Below are positions 48,958 through 60,300 of a stretch of 64,000 bases of DNA, in pieces. The number at the start of each line of letters is the position of its first letter. The stretch's first letter is position 1. The notes under the pieces are model-generated. The model saw nothing but the letters and a program-made list of their open reading frames with translations. It did no database searches and had not been told where the DNA came from. This DNA comes from Lepidodermella squamata (taxonomy: Eukaryota > Animalia > Gastrotricha), in contig JBLDXI010000004.1 in NCBI GenBank assembly GCA_047495785.1, forward strand, positions 2,418,001 through 2,482,000, written 5' to 3'. The translations under genes and the position numbers were made by a program.

Positions 48958-49980
48958 ACGCCACTCAAGCTTAGCAAGAGGCGCTCGGGGTTTCTACGAA
49001 TTAGCTGTTGTCGAGCCTCCACCGGTGAGCACGTTTAACCACAGAGATGCAGTTTAAAACACCCCCTCTACAAGACGGGGATACAATCCCGTTGATAATA
49101 ACAGAAGACTATAATTATTTGCTATTTAATAGCCATGCATAGTGAATATGCATTTTGAATACTTTCAACTTTTCTATTGATATAGTTGATTTTTCAGGTT
49201 TTGACTGAATAACTGGTTCAGATTAATTTGTAGTAAATCATTTCCTTAAATTTACAGATTCCTATTCGAAATAGAAAATATGGCTGCGCGAAGTTCATGC
49301 TTGAACTATTTAGCCATCTCTCTAGAAAGACAATTTCCGCTGAGTGTCGTTCCATTATTGATTGCTGCCTGTCCCCAAATAAGCTACTAACGCAAAGTCA
49401 ATTCATTCCATGAGCGCGAGGGAGGGAAGGGTACAGCGTTTCGATTCGCTCCCCGCATCGGATCAATATGTAAGACTGCTAGCTCGGGAGAACGTGTTTA
49501 CGCTGACATCATCAACATTATAACCGAATTACAGAACCGCGGTATTACAGAATACCGGGTATACAGTATACAGAAAAGACTGGCAAAAAGACTAGCAAAA
49601 CGTGCAGGATGCATACCTATAGGCGCCTTAGCCTTAGGCGTCTTGTTTTTTTTATGACGTTACCAAGCCGTCTTTTTTGCTAAGTAAAGCTTAACAAAGA
49701 AATTGTTGGTCAGTTGCATTCGCAAAAATTGCAGGTCTCTGAAAGGATGTCTTTGAAAGACGCCCAGAAAGACGCCCAGTTCCTTCACTATGCAAGCCCT
49801 AGGAAAGGCTCTCTGAAAATCTGGATTTTTGTCCAAATCCCCTGCTGACTGGGGATTTTGCCAAGAAACTGGGATATGAGTTGTGAATCACATGACTCCA
49901 GATCCCCTTGGAATCATGAATCAATACCTCTTCAAGAAAGCGATTCTGATGTGCCTTAAGCCTTATCAAAACCGTGTTTC

Positions 49981-50144
49981 CAGTGTGCGAAGTAGGATCC
50001 GGGAGCCGAGGTGTTTTCTACTGTTTTCTAGGACTCAGCCTAAGAAACGAAAGGGTGCCCCTGTGGTTTTTTCAGCCTTCCTCTGGTTGGAGTCTCAGAG
50101 CTGGGGTGTCACAACGCCTCGGCACCCCTGTACTTCGCACCCTG
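49981..50144. mobile_element. Short MITE (about 165 bp) with other copies in the window
   Basis: 14-bp TIRs CAGTGTGCGAAGTA / TACTTCGCACCCTG (one mismatch). Related copies near 5.5 kb and 19.9 kb. Confidence 0.6.
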
Positions 50145-50408
50145 TGTGAATGTGTGCACGTGCCTATGGACATTTCTATGGATATTTCTATGGTTACCCA
50201 TTCTCTTCGCCCGCCTTGCCTTCCTAGAATAGAGAACGATTTTACTGAATGATGGCACATGCGAATTCTTCCTCTAATTCATTGAGGATGCCATCGAAAC
50301 CTGAAGTCTCAATCCCGAAATCGCCCTCAAAGAACGAATTAGCATTTTGAAACTGGTATGGATGATTTTTCAGCCATATTCATCCTTATATTTTATTCCA
50401 TTAAAATA

Positions 50409-51215
50409 TCACAGATACCAAGAAGAATTCTTGTAATCATCCATAATAGTGCGCTGGGTAGTTTTCTGCATGCTCTTCTTCGAGTAAACCGCATTTCTCC
50501 GCTTTTTGTACCGCAAAGTTTCCTCCGGAAATTCTTCCTCCTCGTAGTTATCGCACAGATCTTCCAGTTCCAGCTGCTCGCCCTCAGTTGTCTCACTATC
50601 GCTGTCGAGTAACAAATCATGGAAGGCTAGAACACCGTCTTTCGCAGAGTCTTGCAAAGATAGTTGAATCTGCAACTTATGAGCGAGCAAACTCGTAAAG
50701 TAATGCTTATCGTCTGCATCTAGAGGTACCAAGAACCGTTTTCGCTCCTCCTCAAACAATTTCTTACGTTCTTCCCGCATTTTTCGCTTCAATTCCGCTG
50801 CTTCCTGCCGTTTTCGTTCCAATTCAGCCTTCCTCTCTTCTTCCTTCTTGTAATCTCGGTAGAAATGGGCGCAAGTGCCGTATGGAAGGTTGTCTAAGCC
50901 AAGCTTTTTGACCAAAGTCGGATTTTTGAGGGTGTAGATGCCTACGTAGCGCCAATGCACTTTTTCCGGTTTATGCGGATCCTCGGCCACCCGCAGTGAT
51001 AGCATAGTCGAAGATCGAGTGAAAATGCTTGAGTTGGCTACAAAAGTGTTCTCCTTGCTTTCGAGGCCTCCGCTGAGACGGCTGAGGTGTTGATACAATT
51101 GCTGTAGATCCTTGCGCTTGTTGTACAGAGCTTCGTCCTTATCTTCCTCGTCTGATTCGACGTAGCCGAATATGGTCGTGCCGCCATATGACGTCGATGC
51201 ATGAATTGTAGGCAT
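50409..51215 (-). CDS. Orphan charged/coiled-coil protein, same local family as the 36.5 and 38 kb ORFs
   Basis: 268-aa ATG-initiated ORF with LVKKLGLDNLP…FY, an E/K/R-rich helix, HYFTSLLAHKLQIQ and a terminal WYL. Confidence 0.65.
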   Translation of the reverse strand: MPTIHASTSYGGTTIFGYVESDEEDKDEALYNKRKDLQQLYQHLSRLSGGLESKENTFVANSSIFTRSSTMLSLRVAEDPHKPEKVHWRYVGIYTLKNPTLVKKLGLDNLPYGTCAHFYRDYKKEEERKAELERKRQEAAELKRKMREERKKLFEEERKRFLVPLDADDKHYFTSLLAHKLQIQLSLQDSAKDGVLAFHDLLLDSDSETTEGEQLELEDLCDNYEEEEFPEETLRYKKRRNAVYSKKSMQKTTQRTIMDDYKNSSWYL

Positions 51216-51996
51216 TGTGTGAATATATAGCTTTAATCGTGTTAAAATTCTGCAAAAGACTTGACCCGTTGACGGATTTCAGCCGCTGCTACTAGTTTTC
51301 AGCGGCCGCGATAGGGCTAAGGTTTGAAATCGTTTGTTTTCGCTTATTCTTCTATTTCTCCGGGAAATTCAGCGGGTGGGGCGCGTTATATTATTGTGAT
51401 TTATTGCGCTTAAAGTTACATCAATCAAATAGTTTACCACTAAAATATTACAAGAAACGTAAAATCTATGCGAGAATGCTGGACTGTTCTTACAGGACGC
51501 GTAGAATCAGAGATCAAAAGGATGCATATAAAAGACAAAGACTGGCCTGGTGTTAAACTTGCTTTGTTACCGCAGTCTCACAAACAGTTACACCCGCCCG
51601 CAACTGCGGTTACCGCAGGGAAATGGATGACAGGACACGGGCATCACCACGGAATATTCCCGCCGCTGCCCTGCGCCGCCGCAAACGAGTGATCAATGTC
51701 TGAATAAGATCTCGGTTATCAGTCCTAAGCGTTGTCTCAGTCATCGGCTGTTCTCAAATCTCCGGCGGATTCAGTGATACCAATGAATTTTTCGTTCGCC
51801 GAAAATGATGCTAAATTCCCACTCTTAACGACTCACGCCGCGCGCCGGATGCTGCCAATGATGTTAAAGTTTACATGACGTTTTGTTATACACTCAACTT
51901 GATCTGAATGGTGCAAATAAACGGCTGTTGGCTGTTCATAGCCTATAGATGTTGATTTTCCATGCTATGGATGCTAAGGATGCATTGCATTGAAAT

Positions 51997-54900
51997 ATCT
52001 GCGATTGAATATTAAATTTTCTGATATTTCTTAACATCATAATTACTGAGGAGTGTTCTCCCAGTTTTACAAGTGAGGAGCGTTCTCCCATTTATTTTCA
52101 TCTGCTGAACGCCGCAAGAGCGACATCAAGCCATTCTCGCTCTGCCCAGCAATGAAGCCGGAGGCAGTGCTCATGATATCGATAGCCAGTGCTGCAATCA
52201 CTTTTGCCTTGATTGATTTGGCAATAACGAGGACATCCTTGTCTATTGACCTGGAACCATGGACAATTTCAAATCTGATTACGCCTCAAGTTGTGAATGA
52301 GTCAAATCGCGTGCCCAACTACACACGACATGTGACCTGTGCGCCGAACAAACTTGTTTACGAAATCAGCCCACACGACGGTCGACCAGCCGGTACCATC
52401 ACACATGAGGTTTTTTCGATTTATTTTTGTTTCTCACCCCGGGACCCAAAAAGACAAATATCACGACAAAGAGCATCAATCATGATATTATTACTGATAG
52501 CCGGAGTTCAGCCAAATCCAGGCCCAACATTTTCGCTTGAACCAAACTTCACATTAGCCAAGATGGTCAGCGAGATTGGGGTTGAAAGAAATTTGATTAA
52601 CGCGGTGCATTTCAACACAAATGGAATCATGACGAAACTTGAAAAATCAAAAATTTTCAAATTCGAGGCTTTGGCTGAATTTGCTGAAGTCTTTAAGCCA
52701 GATTTGATTTTGATTTCCGAAACAAAAATTCCAGCTGATGCCACGCCGAAGATAGTAGAAGACTGTTTTCCTGACTATGAATGTCTTTGGATTGGGCGGG
52801 AGGATTCTGGTGGCGGAGGGGTAGCTATCTTCGTCAACAAAAGGTTGAAAGTGAAAAACCATTGGTCTTTTCGTTCAAAGGTAGAGAATTTACACGCACA
52901 GGTGGAATCTCCGAGCGGCATGGTCTCCACAGTATCAGTGATTTATCGCTCCCCGACGGTTAAGCCTAAAATACATGTAGAAGAGCTTGACAACGTGATG
53001 GTCGAACTCGTAGCTAAGACTAGCGAAATCGAGCATAGAATTCTGGGCGGCGACCTAAATTGGGATCTCTTGAAACCGCAGATTGCAGAGGATCTGGAGC
53101 AAACTTTTGATTCTTTCAAAATGACTCATAGTTTTCCTCCAGCATTCACTCGGGTAGACACTCGCACTAAGAAAGGCACGATGATCGATCACTTCTGGTC
53201 AACTGCTACAGCTCAAGAAATCATCATCTCAGGTACAATAATTGGTTTAAGCGACCATCATGGGATAGTTTTATCGATTAGAGACTTAGGCAAAAAACCG
53301 AAAACAACACCGAAGCCAGATATAATATCATTTCGTAATCTGCGTGAAATTAAGGCTGATCAATTTCAATATGAGCTTCAAAAGGCCCTAGGAGATTCCG
53401 GACTTCAACGAGACGAGGATCAACAAGGATACTGCGACAGGATCCAAGGTGCTTTCATTACTGTGCTCAACAAACTAGCTCCATTAAGAACAAAAAAGAT
53501 CTCGAAAAATAAGCGAAAAAAGTTGCACTCAACATTTATTTCCCAAGAAAAGCAACGGTCAGACCGCAGGAAAGTCAGGAAATCTCGTCGCGCCAAGTGG
53601 AGGCAAAAGGTGAAATTAGCTGGAAAAGACCCACGAAAATTATGGAAGATTGTAAATGAATTTCGGCCCAAAAAGAAAACGGGGGAAAATGATTTTTCTG
53701 GACTTGAAAAAAATCAGGCTATTACCTTAGCCAATGCCTTCAACAGTCTTTTCGCCAATGTTGGAAAAAACATTGCCATTGCAATGCTACAACGCCTAAA
53801 TTTTCACCGTGCATTCCAGACCACGGAAAAGTTCAATTTTCGCGCAATCACGACAAGGGAACTGCTAGATGCATTGGCTAAGGTAAAGAATAAACCCACA
53901 ACTGGTATAGATGAAATACCCGAGTCAGTTTTGAAAATGAGTGCCAGCGTTGTTGCTCCGCATTTACTTGCTTTATTCAATGAAATAATTCGATCGAAAA
54001 CAATTCCCGAGCAATGGAAAACGGCAATTGTGCATCCTTTGCACAAAGGAGGATCTAAAGATGACGTGTCGAATTTCAGGCCAATTTCAATTCTATCGCC
54101 AATATCTAGGACGTTTGAGAGGTGCATCTCGTTCCAAATTAAATCGCATTTAAATAAGCCGGAAACAAGGTTCTTGTCGCCTACTCAGTTTGGGTTCCGC
54201 AAATTCCATTCAACAGACAGCTGCCTTGCAAAACTCACCGAAGACTGGCACATTTCGCACGAAAAAAGGGAAACAGTCGCAGCAGTAGCTATTGACTTGA
54301 GCAAGGCCTTTGACTCGCTACATCATGAAGGCATCTATAGGTCCTTGGCTAGTGCAGGTTTTGAACTGGAAGCTATTCAGTTGATCGAAAACTATCTCAG
54401 TGATCGTTACCAGTATGTAGAAATTAACCAAAGTCGCTCAAGTAAAGCTAAGGTGGAATTCGGCGTACCACAGGGCAGTGTCCTAGGGCCATTGCTATTT
54501 ACCATCTACGTAAATGAAATGGCTTCGATTCCAATATATTCGAAAATAGCTCAATTCGCAGATGACACCACTATTTACTTGTCAGATAAAAACGTTGAAC
54601 GCCTTCAGGATCGCCTTCAATCCGACATCAACCGGTTGAGTGACTGGTTAGCAGCAAATAGCTTACTAGTCAATGGAAAAAAGTCGCAGATGATAATCAT
54701 AGCCACTGATCCCGATGCACCTCCCCCAGAAATCTCCATCAAAATCGAAAATACGAGAGTCGAAATCACCACATCGCTCAAAGTCCTGGGCTATATTATT
54801 GACAACAAACTATTGCACACTGAACAGCTCAAACATGTGGGTAACAAAACCAGGGGTGGTCTCTTTGCTCTAAAATTTGCGGCTAAATTCCTTGATCGAA

Positions 54901-55680
54901 AAACTCTCAAATTGATGGCTAATGGTGTCATCTTCTGTCACCTAATGTACTGTGACAGCGTCCTAGCCCAAGCGGCAAAAACTAACTTAGAGCGCCTTCA
55001 ACGACGACAGGACAAAGCCATTCGCATAATTTGTCATGCGAATGAAAACGATGACATCGAATCTCTGAGGAAAAAGCTAAAATGGCTAGACCTTGATGGT
55101 AAAAGGAAAGTTCATCTGGCAACCATGATATGGCGCTGCATCAATGGCGAAGCACCGGCTGCCTTAGCCGAGTTCTTCAAACTGCAAGAGAAAACCGCTG
55201 GGGTCACAAGGAGGCAAGTCAACATAAATGCATCGAACAACCTGCTGGTTGTCCCTCGCGCGAAGACCGATACTTCGATGCGATGCCTTCGATACCGTGG
55301 CGCCACGTTCTGGAATGGCTTGCCGAACGAAATTCGCTTAGCTACCAGCGCGGATCAATGCCGGAACCTAACTTATCATTATTTACTGTCTGAACCTACT
55401 GCAAACACTGAGGAAGGTTGTGACGTCATCGAGGCAAGCGGTGAAATTGTAAATACCGTTACTGATGATTAATTTCTAATTCCTTGTTGAGTCTAAATAC
55501 GATATTTTTATACTGGTATGCATGTCATTGTCTTTTTCCTAATTTCCTAACTTTCTTTGTTGATATCTACATAATGACCTCTTCACGTCGAATCTAATTG
55601 TACTAATCATGCTTCTTTTTCAGCTGAGCTGTCCTACATCCCTTGGATATTAATGCTCATAAATAAATAAATAAATAAAT
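51997..55680 (+). mobile_element. Apparently full-length single-ORF non-LTR retrotransposon (L2/CR1 group)
   Basis: Intact APE-RT ORF, short 3' UTR, and a (TAAA)5 tail at about 55660-55680. Confidence 0.9.
52152..55472 (+). CDS. LINE polyprotein: hydrophobic leader, 2A-like NPGP, AP-endonuclease, reverse transcriptase
   Basis: 1106 aa. Motifs LLLIAGVQPNPGP; ISET, GDLN, IDH, SDH; RPISIL, QFGFR, DLSKAFD, GVPQGSVLGP and FADD. Confidence 0.9.
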   Translation: MKPEAVLMISIASAAITFALIDLAITRTSLSIDLEPWTISNLITPQVVNESNRVPNYTRHVTCAPNKLVYEISPHDGRPAGTITHEVFSIYFCFSPRDPKRQISRQRASIMILLLIAGVQPNPGPTFSLEPNFTLAKMVSEIGVERNLINAVHFNTNGIMTKLEKSKIFKFEALAEFAEVFKPDLILISETKIPADATPKIVEDCFPDYECLWIGREDSGGGGVAIFVNKRLKVKNHWSFRSKVENLHAQVESPSGMVSTVSVIYRSPTVKPKIHVEELDNVMVELVAKTSEIEHRILGGDLNWDLLKPQIAEDLEQTFDSFKMTHSFPPAFTRVDTRTKKGTMIDHFWSTATAQEIIISGTIIGLSDHHGIVLSIRDLGKKPKTTPKPDIISFRNLREIKADQFQYELQKALGDSGLQRDEDQQGYCDRIQGAFITVLNKLAPLRTKKISKNKRKKLHSTFISQEKQRSDRRKVRKSRRAKWRQKVKLAGKDPRKLWKIVNEFRPKKKTGENDFSGLEKNQAITLANAFNSLFANVGKNIAIAMLQRLNFHRAFQTTEKFNFRAITTRELLDALAKVKNKPTTGIDEIPESVLKMSASVVAPHLLALFNEIIRSKTIPEQWKTAIVHPLHKGGSKDDVSNFRPISILSPISRTFERCISFQIKSHLNKPETRFLSPTQFGFRKFHSTDSCLAKLTEDWHISHEKRETVAAVAIDLSKAFDSLHHEGIYRSLASAGFELEAIQLIENYLSDRYQYVEINQSRSSKAKVEFGVPQGSVLGPLLFTIYVNEMASIPIYSKIAQFADDTTIYLSDKNVERLQDRLQSDINRLSDWLAANSLLVNGKKSQMIIIATDPDAPPPEISIKIENTRVEITTSLKVLGYIIDNKLLHTEQLKHVGNKTRGGLFALKFAAKFLDRKTLKLMANGVIFCHLMYCDSVLAQAAKTNLERLQRRQDKAIRIICHANENDDIESLRKKLKWLDLDGKRKVHLATMIWRCINGEAPAALAEFFKLQEKTAGVTRRQVNINASNNLLVVPRAKTDTSMRCLRYRGATFWNGLPNEIRLATSADQCRNLTYHYLLSEPTANTEEGCDVIEASGEIVNTVTDD

Positions 55681-57398
55681 TGTGAGTAAAAGAGATGCTA
55701 AGCGCTCTCTTTACTTGAAAGCAATCTTGCTATAAGGAATTCTTTACTAAGGATGTCCTTACTAAGCAAGACATCCTTAGCAAGATGGCTTCCAAGTAAG
55801 GACGCGGTGTCACTGGTATGCTTGGTAGGAATGGATATCTCAACAATCCTTACTCAGACTTCGCCGCTTCAGACTGAGCGATCTAAGGATCTGATCTCAG
55901 ATAGACCTGTGCACCTTAAAAGACGCGGCGTAGAGTGAGTGTCCATAGTTATGACTATTAGGATGACAGTCCTTACTAAGCACCAAGCTACGCTGACTTG
56001 TAAACCGCTATCCTTAGTAAGGAACATGACTGATGTTACGAACAGCAGTAAACGCAATGAACTGAACGGCTAAATCATCGTAATCTAAAATACCTTGTAT
56101 TTTTTCTTTTTGATATTATGAACATGTTCTACGAGACAGCTTTGATGATAACGGTGGTAACGCCTTTGAGATCAGCTTTAATTAGTCTATAGGAGTTAGC
56201 TACGCCATCACTGCGGACGACGAAGTATCACACAAGGATGAGAGAACATCAAGGATAAAGAAGGAAGGCAACGTGTCTTCCGCATCAGCAACATCTATGC
56301 CAGTAAATTCGGCATGTTTCCCCCAGCTTTTCGTTTATTTACATGATACCATGTACAATGCCCTTTTCATCGTGAAACAGCTAGTTGCATTGCATTTCGC
56401 CCAGAAAAGGGTGCGTTTCTCTGATCCGCGGACTGAAACTTGAGCAACAAGTTATCAAGGCCGCTTGTTATATCATTAGACTCCTCAAGACAGCAGAATA
56501 AACCACGTTGCACCGCCGTCTTCTTGATTCCAGCGGTGGATTTCAACGGCAAGGAAATGCAATTTAAGGCTCTTTTCACCGATTTGGGTATACCACATTG
56601 CGAAAACTGAGACCGAATAAGAAAAAACGGCGCGGCTAAAACATTTAGCTCGCTTAACTGACTTGAATGATGCGCGGCAAGGAGCCGCACGATTTCCGGT
56701 TACCTTAGGAACCAGACGCGAAAACCCTGATTTCAGGCGTTTTAACCGCTAAAATTTGAAAACCGACGCGTCGACGTGGCATAGTTATCTTAATCTTTCA
56801 ATTCTCAGCTTGTTTGATAAGCTCAATGCTAAATATAATGTCGAGAGGGTTGATGGCAACTGTAGCACTACGCGAGCTAACTCTCTTCCTTTTTGATTAA
56901 AAGTTTTCGTGCAGCTTCAAACGTCGCTTGATCCTTGATAGCGGCCAAAGATTTAGCACTGCCAACGCAGTAAGCTGCCAGTTCGTCTCGATTGCCAGTC
57001 GTCGATGAGTATTCAAACATCGTCGATTTCTTTCAAAATTTTATCAATCCAAGCAGATAGGAATTGCCGGAGCTAGGCCACTCGACGGCTTACGCCCTTT
57101 TTGGCAATTCGAGCCTGACCATGGAAATTGGCAAAACATTTCAAGGACGTTTTGAATAAATATTCAATGAGTTTGAAATTGCTGGAAAGATGAGTTATGA
57201 CAATTGCGCGTCCGCGAATGAGGAAACAATTTCAGTGTAATGGGGGGTATTCGATGCTAAAAAATGGGAAGACGTGAGCACACCTTACAAAAGAAATTAA
57301 GGTTTCCTTTTATTTTAATCAATTTTCTTCCAAGTCTGTGCATATGCAAATGAGCTGAATAGAAGAAATACAGAGGCATGATTCGCTTCATAAATGGT

Positions 57399-58017
57399 TT
57401 AGAATGAAAATAGTGTCATAATCACAGTGATCACTGTGGCCTTAGTTTTTATACCCGTGGACTTTGGGGTAGACGACGACCAGCTGGTCGACCAGCTTGT
57501 CGACCAACCGGAGCGGGACCACGCGGAAGACGCCCATGCAGTCCATTGACTCTGCAATTTTGCATCGCTCCAGGCGAGCCAAGAAGGTGTGTAGGAGTTC
57601 GAAGCCGTAATTCTGGTATCTAACAGCGTTGTTGTAGGGTTGCAAAAGTCGTTGCTATTTGAACACCCTGCGGAACAACAGACACAGAATAAAGCCCATC
57701 CAGGGTCATCATAATTCATCTCTTCTGTAACCACAGGATATTTAGTCCGACTTTCTATACATGTTGGTACATAGGTGGCTAGGATGCAATTGTAGGAAAA
57801 ATTTATTTCAGAGCCTTTCGAAGGTCGCGAGATGGTTACAGAAACCTGCAAGCGTGACATTTAGAAGAAAGCTCTTTAATGAATAACCTATTCTTACAGC
57901 GCATTGACCACATCCTCCAACTGTCGTAGCATCTGTAGTCGAGCCGTTCAGGCAACTGAAACCAGAGCTTGTACTTATTGACTGTACAAGAACTACCAGT
58001 AAGATTATGCAGTACAT
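57399..58017 (-). CDS. Ly6/three-finger-like Cys-rich surface protein with a Trp/Ser-rich stalk, possibly GPI-anchored
   Basis: Exons 58017-57898 and 57845-57399. Signal peptide MYCIILLVVLVQSISTSSG. Ten Cys ending CC…FCN. Hydrophobic C-terminus. Confidence 0.6.
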
Positions 58018-58311
58018 AATTTCAGTAATATATCTCACAGCGAAATATTGTTCAAATAGCAAAATGAGCACGGAATGAGAAAGCAACTTCTGTACTGAGA
58101 ATCCTGTAGCCAATAGCAACACCATTAGCTACCCTTTTCAACCTATTTAACGGGTGAAAAGAATTGATAAGTACGAGTGGGGTACAGCGGAGTGAAAGTT
58201 CCCGGGAAAGCAAGCGAGTGAATGATAGATTAGAAACGCTTCGCCTCTCATTAACAAAATATGAAAAAACATATCATCAATACATTTAGACCTATTGAGC
58301 TCGCCTGCAGT

Positions 58312-58929
58312 TTATTTTTTCCGCTCTAACCTATTTATTTTCTCCAAGAGTTCGCTGCGGAAATTGTTAGGGAAAGTTGACTGAAGCGACGTTTTGAGGT
58401 TGAATTTCATGTCAATATACTTCTCATGCTCTTTTATTATCAAATTATATTCAGTTTCAGTGATGTTTCCGTCCTCTAAAGCTTTTGCGATCATATCACC
58501 CATTGAGTTCAGCTTTGAAGATACCAGAGTGCATATGCGTTCGTGCTTTTGTGCTTTATCTTCCAAGGCACTCGCAGTAGCATTCACAACTACGCTAAGA
58601 ACTCCTCCGCCGAGGGCAACTCCTTCGAGAATAACTGCGATAGGAATTCCGGCAACAGTTGCAAGGACACCAATTCCGCCGATTCCTGTCAAGATTGATA
58701 CGCCAGTTAAACCAATGTTTAATTTCGAACAGATTTTAGCCCATTTTTTATATTTTCTGTATAGTTTGTACCTCATTTCCATCTCTTTGTCCAAGAATTC
58801 TTTCAGGCGCCGCAGTTCTGAAATCCTGAATTCTTGCACCGGCGAACTCGGAAATGATAAGCGCGGTGCGGTCGGATAAATATGACTATTATCAGCTCGC
58901 ACGTGAACTTGTGTATCACTGCTGTTCAT
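58312..58929 (-). CDS. Polinton/adintovirus-type predicted membrane protein with a PTAP motif
   Basis: 205 aa. YPTAP, a basic helix, a Gly-rich hydrophobic hairpin, then KHERI…SKLNS…ALEDGNITETEY, a pattern I recall from animal Polinton-like elements (not verified by search). Confidence 0.65.
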   Translation of the reverse strand: MNSSDTQVHVRADNSHIYPTAPRLSFPSSPVQEFRISELRRLKEFLDKEMEMRYKLYRKYKKWAKICSKLNIGLTGVSILTGIGGIGVLATVAGIPIAVILEGVALGGGVLSVVVNATASALEDKAQKHERICTLVSSKLNSMGDMIAKALEDGNITETEYNLIIKEHEKYIDMKFNLKTSLQSTFPNNFRSELLEKINRLERKK

Positions 58930-58935
58930 CGTTTA

Positions 58936-59649
58936 TCAAAAATTAGATATTTTCAAGTAAAATTCAACAGTCATAGGTTTGCTGGAAGACATCAAAATGT
59001 TGAAAGTGTCACCTTTTTCAAACTGTTCTACGAAAGTACAGTATTCGGCTATATTCCGGATCGCCTCGTAATCGAATGAAAAATATTTAGAAATTAAGAC
59101 ACTGCCGTTTTTCATGAAATCACAAGTGCAACCTGGCGAGACATTTCCCCAAATTCTAAACCAAAATTGCACATTAGCCAGAATATTTTCGAGAAAAGAC
59201 AATTCGTCATTAATTTGAACCAGTAAAGTGTGGGTTATAACCCTTGTTACCGGCATTTGCGTACGGCCATCTACATGACTTTCGCCGAAGCCTGTAAATA
59301 CCTGCCCGTCAACGTATTGCTTGTTGACTACGTCAAAAAGAGCTATAGGGTATGCCACGTTTGTTATTCGACCACCATTCATGTCGATGGTTCTGTCATC
59401 AGCGTACTGCAGCGGCTTATACGATTCGATCAGCTGCCTGGATTCATTTTCATTCAATGTGTTTTCTTCAACCCACAATTTCGATACTGCGTCATTGTCG
59501 AAAACGGGGTGGCCAAGATTTTCAAGTTTGTAATTATTTGCATTTAAATTTCCCATGAGCCGTTTTTTCCCGTCAGCGCGAAGATATAAATCGGATCCAT
59601 TCAGGCCTCCCGACCATTCGCTGGGAATAAAAATTGAACTAGATTTCAT
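58936..59649 (-). CDS. Putative virion fibre-like protein
   Basis: 237 aa with two repeats resembling tail-fibre/adhesin neck motifs (NANNYKLENLGHP..DNDAVSKLWVE and DMNGGRITNVAYP…DVVNKQYVD), then a beta-rich C-terminus. Confidence 0.55.
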   Translation of the reverse strand: MKSSSIFIPSEWSGGLNGSDLYLRADGKKRLMGNLNANNYKLENLGHPVFDNDAVSKLWVEENTLNENESRQLIESYKPLQYADDRTIDMNGGRITNVAYPIALFDVVNKQYVDGQVFTGFGESHVDGRTQMPVTRVITHTLLVQINDELSFLENILANVQFWFRIWGNVSPGCTCDFMKNGSVLISKYFSFDYEAIRNIAEYCTFVEQFEKGDTFNILMSSSKPMTVEFYLKISNF

Positions 59650-60128
59650 TTCAACTGAGTACTGATTAGATTTAATTTTTCATGCCAACGTTTAATCGTA
59701 TCCCTAGAACGGTTCAGAGTGATTTTATTAGCAACGTTTTCGTAACCGAGCTTCAGTGACAAGTATTTCAGCACAAACTCTACGTTGACCATGTTTTTAC
59801 CGTGAAATTTTGTGGAATAGAGCTTATCTATTTTCTTGAAGTGAGTCGTGATGTTATCGAGCTCATACCATTTCAGAACCAGTCCTAATTTCCTGATTTT
59901 AGCCATGAGGTGCCATTTTCGCCTGTAAGGTTGGGAGCGCCTAACTCTTTGGTAATAATCTGTAAAAGGATAAACGATGGCGCATTTGGGGCAATAGTTG
60001 ATATGAAGACTATGATCAATTTGCAAAAGTGATGAGCAGAGCTCACATTCTGTTTTCAAATGGCATTTCACACTCTTGTTTTCGATTTCGGCTAAAAGAG
60101 AGAGGTAATATTCGAATTCTTCATCCAT
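59646..60128 (-). CDS. Zn-ribbon protein resembling the poxvirus late transcription factor VLTF3/A2 family
   Basis: CELC…CPKC ribbon followed by PYRRKWHL and a helical domain. Likely start is MDEEFEYY at 60128. Confidence 0.5.
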   Translation of the reverse strand: MDEEFEYYLSLLAEIENKSVKCHLKTECELCSSLLQIDHSLHINYCPKCAIVYPFTDYYQRVRRSQPYRRKWHLMAKIRKLGLVLKWYELDNITTHFKKIDKLYSTKFHGKNMVNVEFVLKYLSLKLGYENVANKITLNRSRDTIKRWHEKLNLISTQLK

Positions 60129-60150
60129 AATCAGGAAAGCACTTACTACT

Positions 60151-60294
60151 TTAAGCCTTAAGTGCTTTCGCAAATTGGCTCTTCTTGGAGCCACAAATTT
60201 GACAATTGCTCACTAAAATTACTCGTTTGTTTTCCGTAACTTTTCTTTGTTCATTCAAATTTCCAGTGTGCTTCTTACACTTCAAACAGTACAT
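60151..60294 (-). CDS. Small Zn-ribbon protein (DUF5679-like, 47 aa; not in the ORF track)
   Basis: MYCLKCKKHT…SNCQICGSKKSQF, filling the gap between neighbouring viral ORFs. Confidence 0.7.
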   Translation of the reverse strand: MYCLKCKKHTGNLNEQRKVTENKRVILVSNCQICGSKKSQFAKALKA

Positions 60295-60300
60295 ATTTTG

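Noticed and set aside
55700-56040. Cluster of CTTACTAAG/CCTTAGTAAG motifs
   Set aside because: Likely an old palindromic repeat, but its ends and family cannot be defined.
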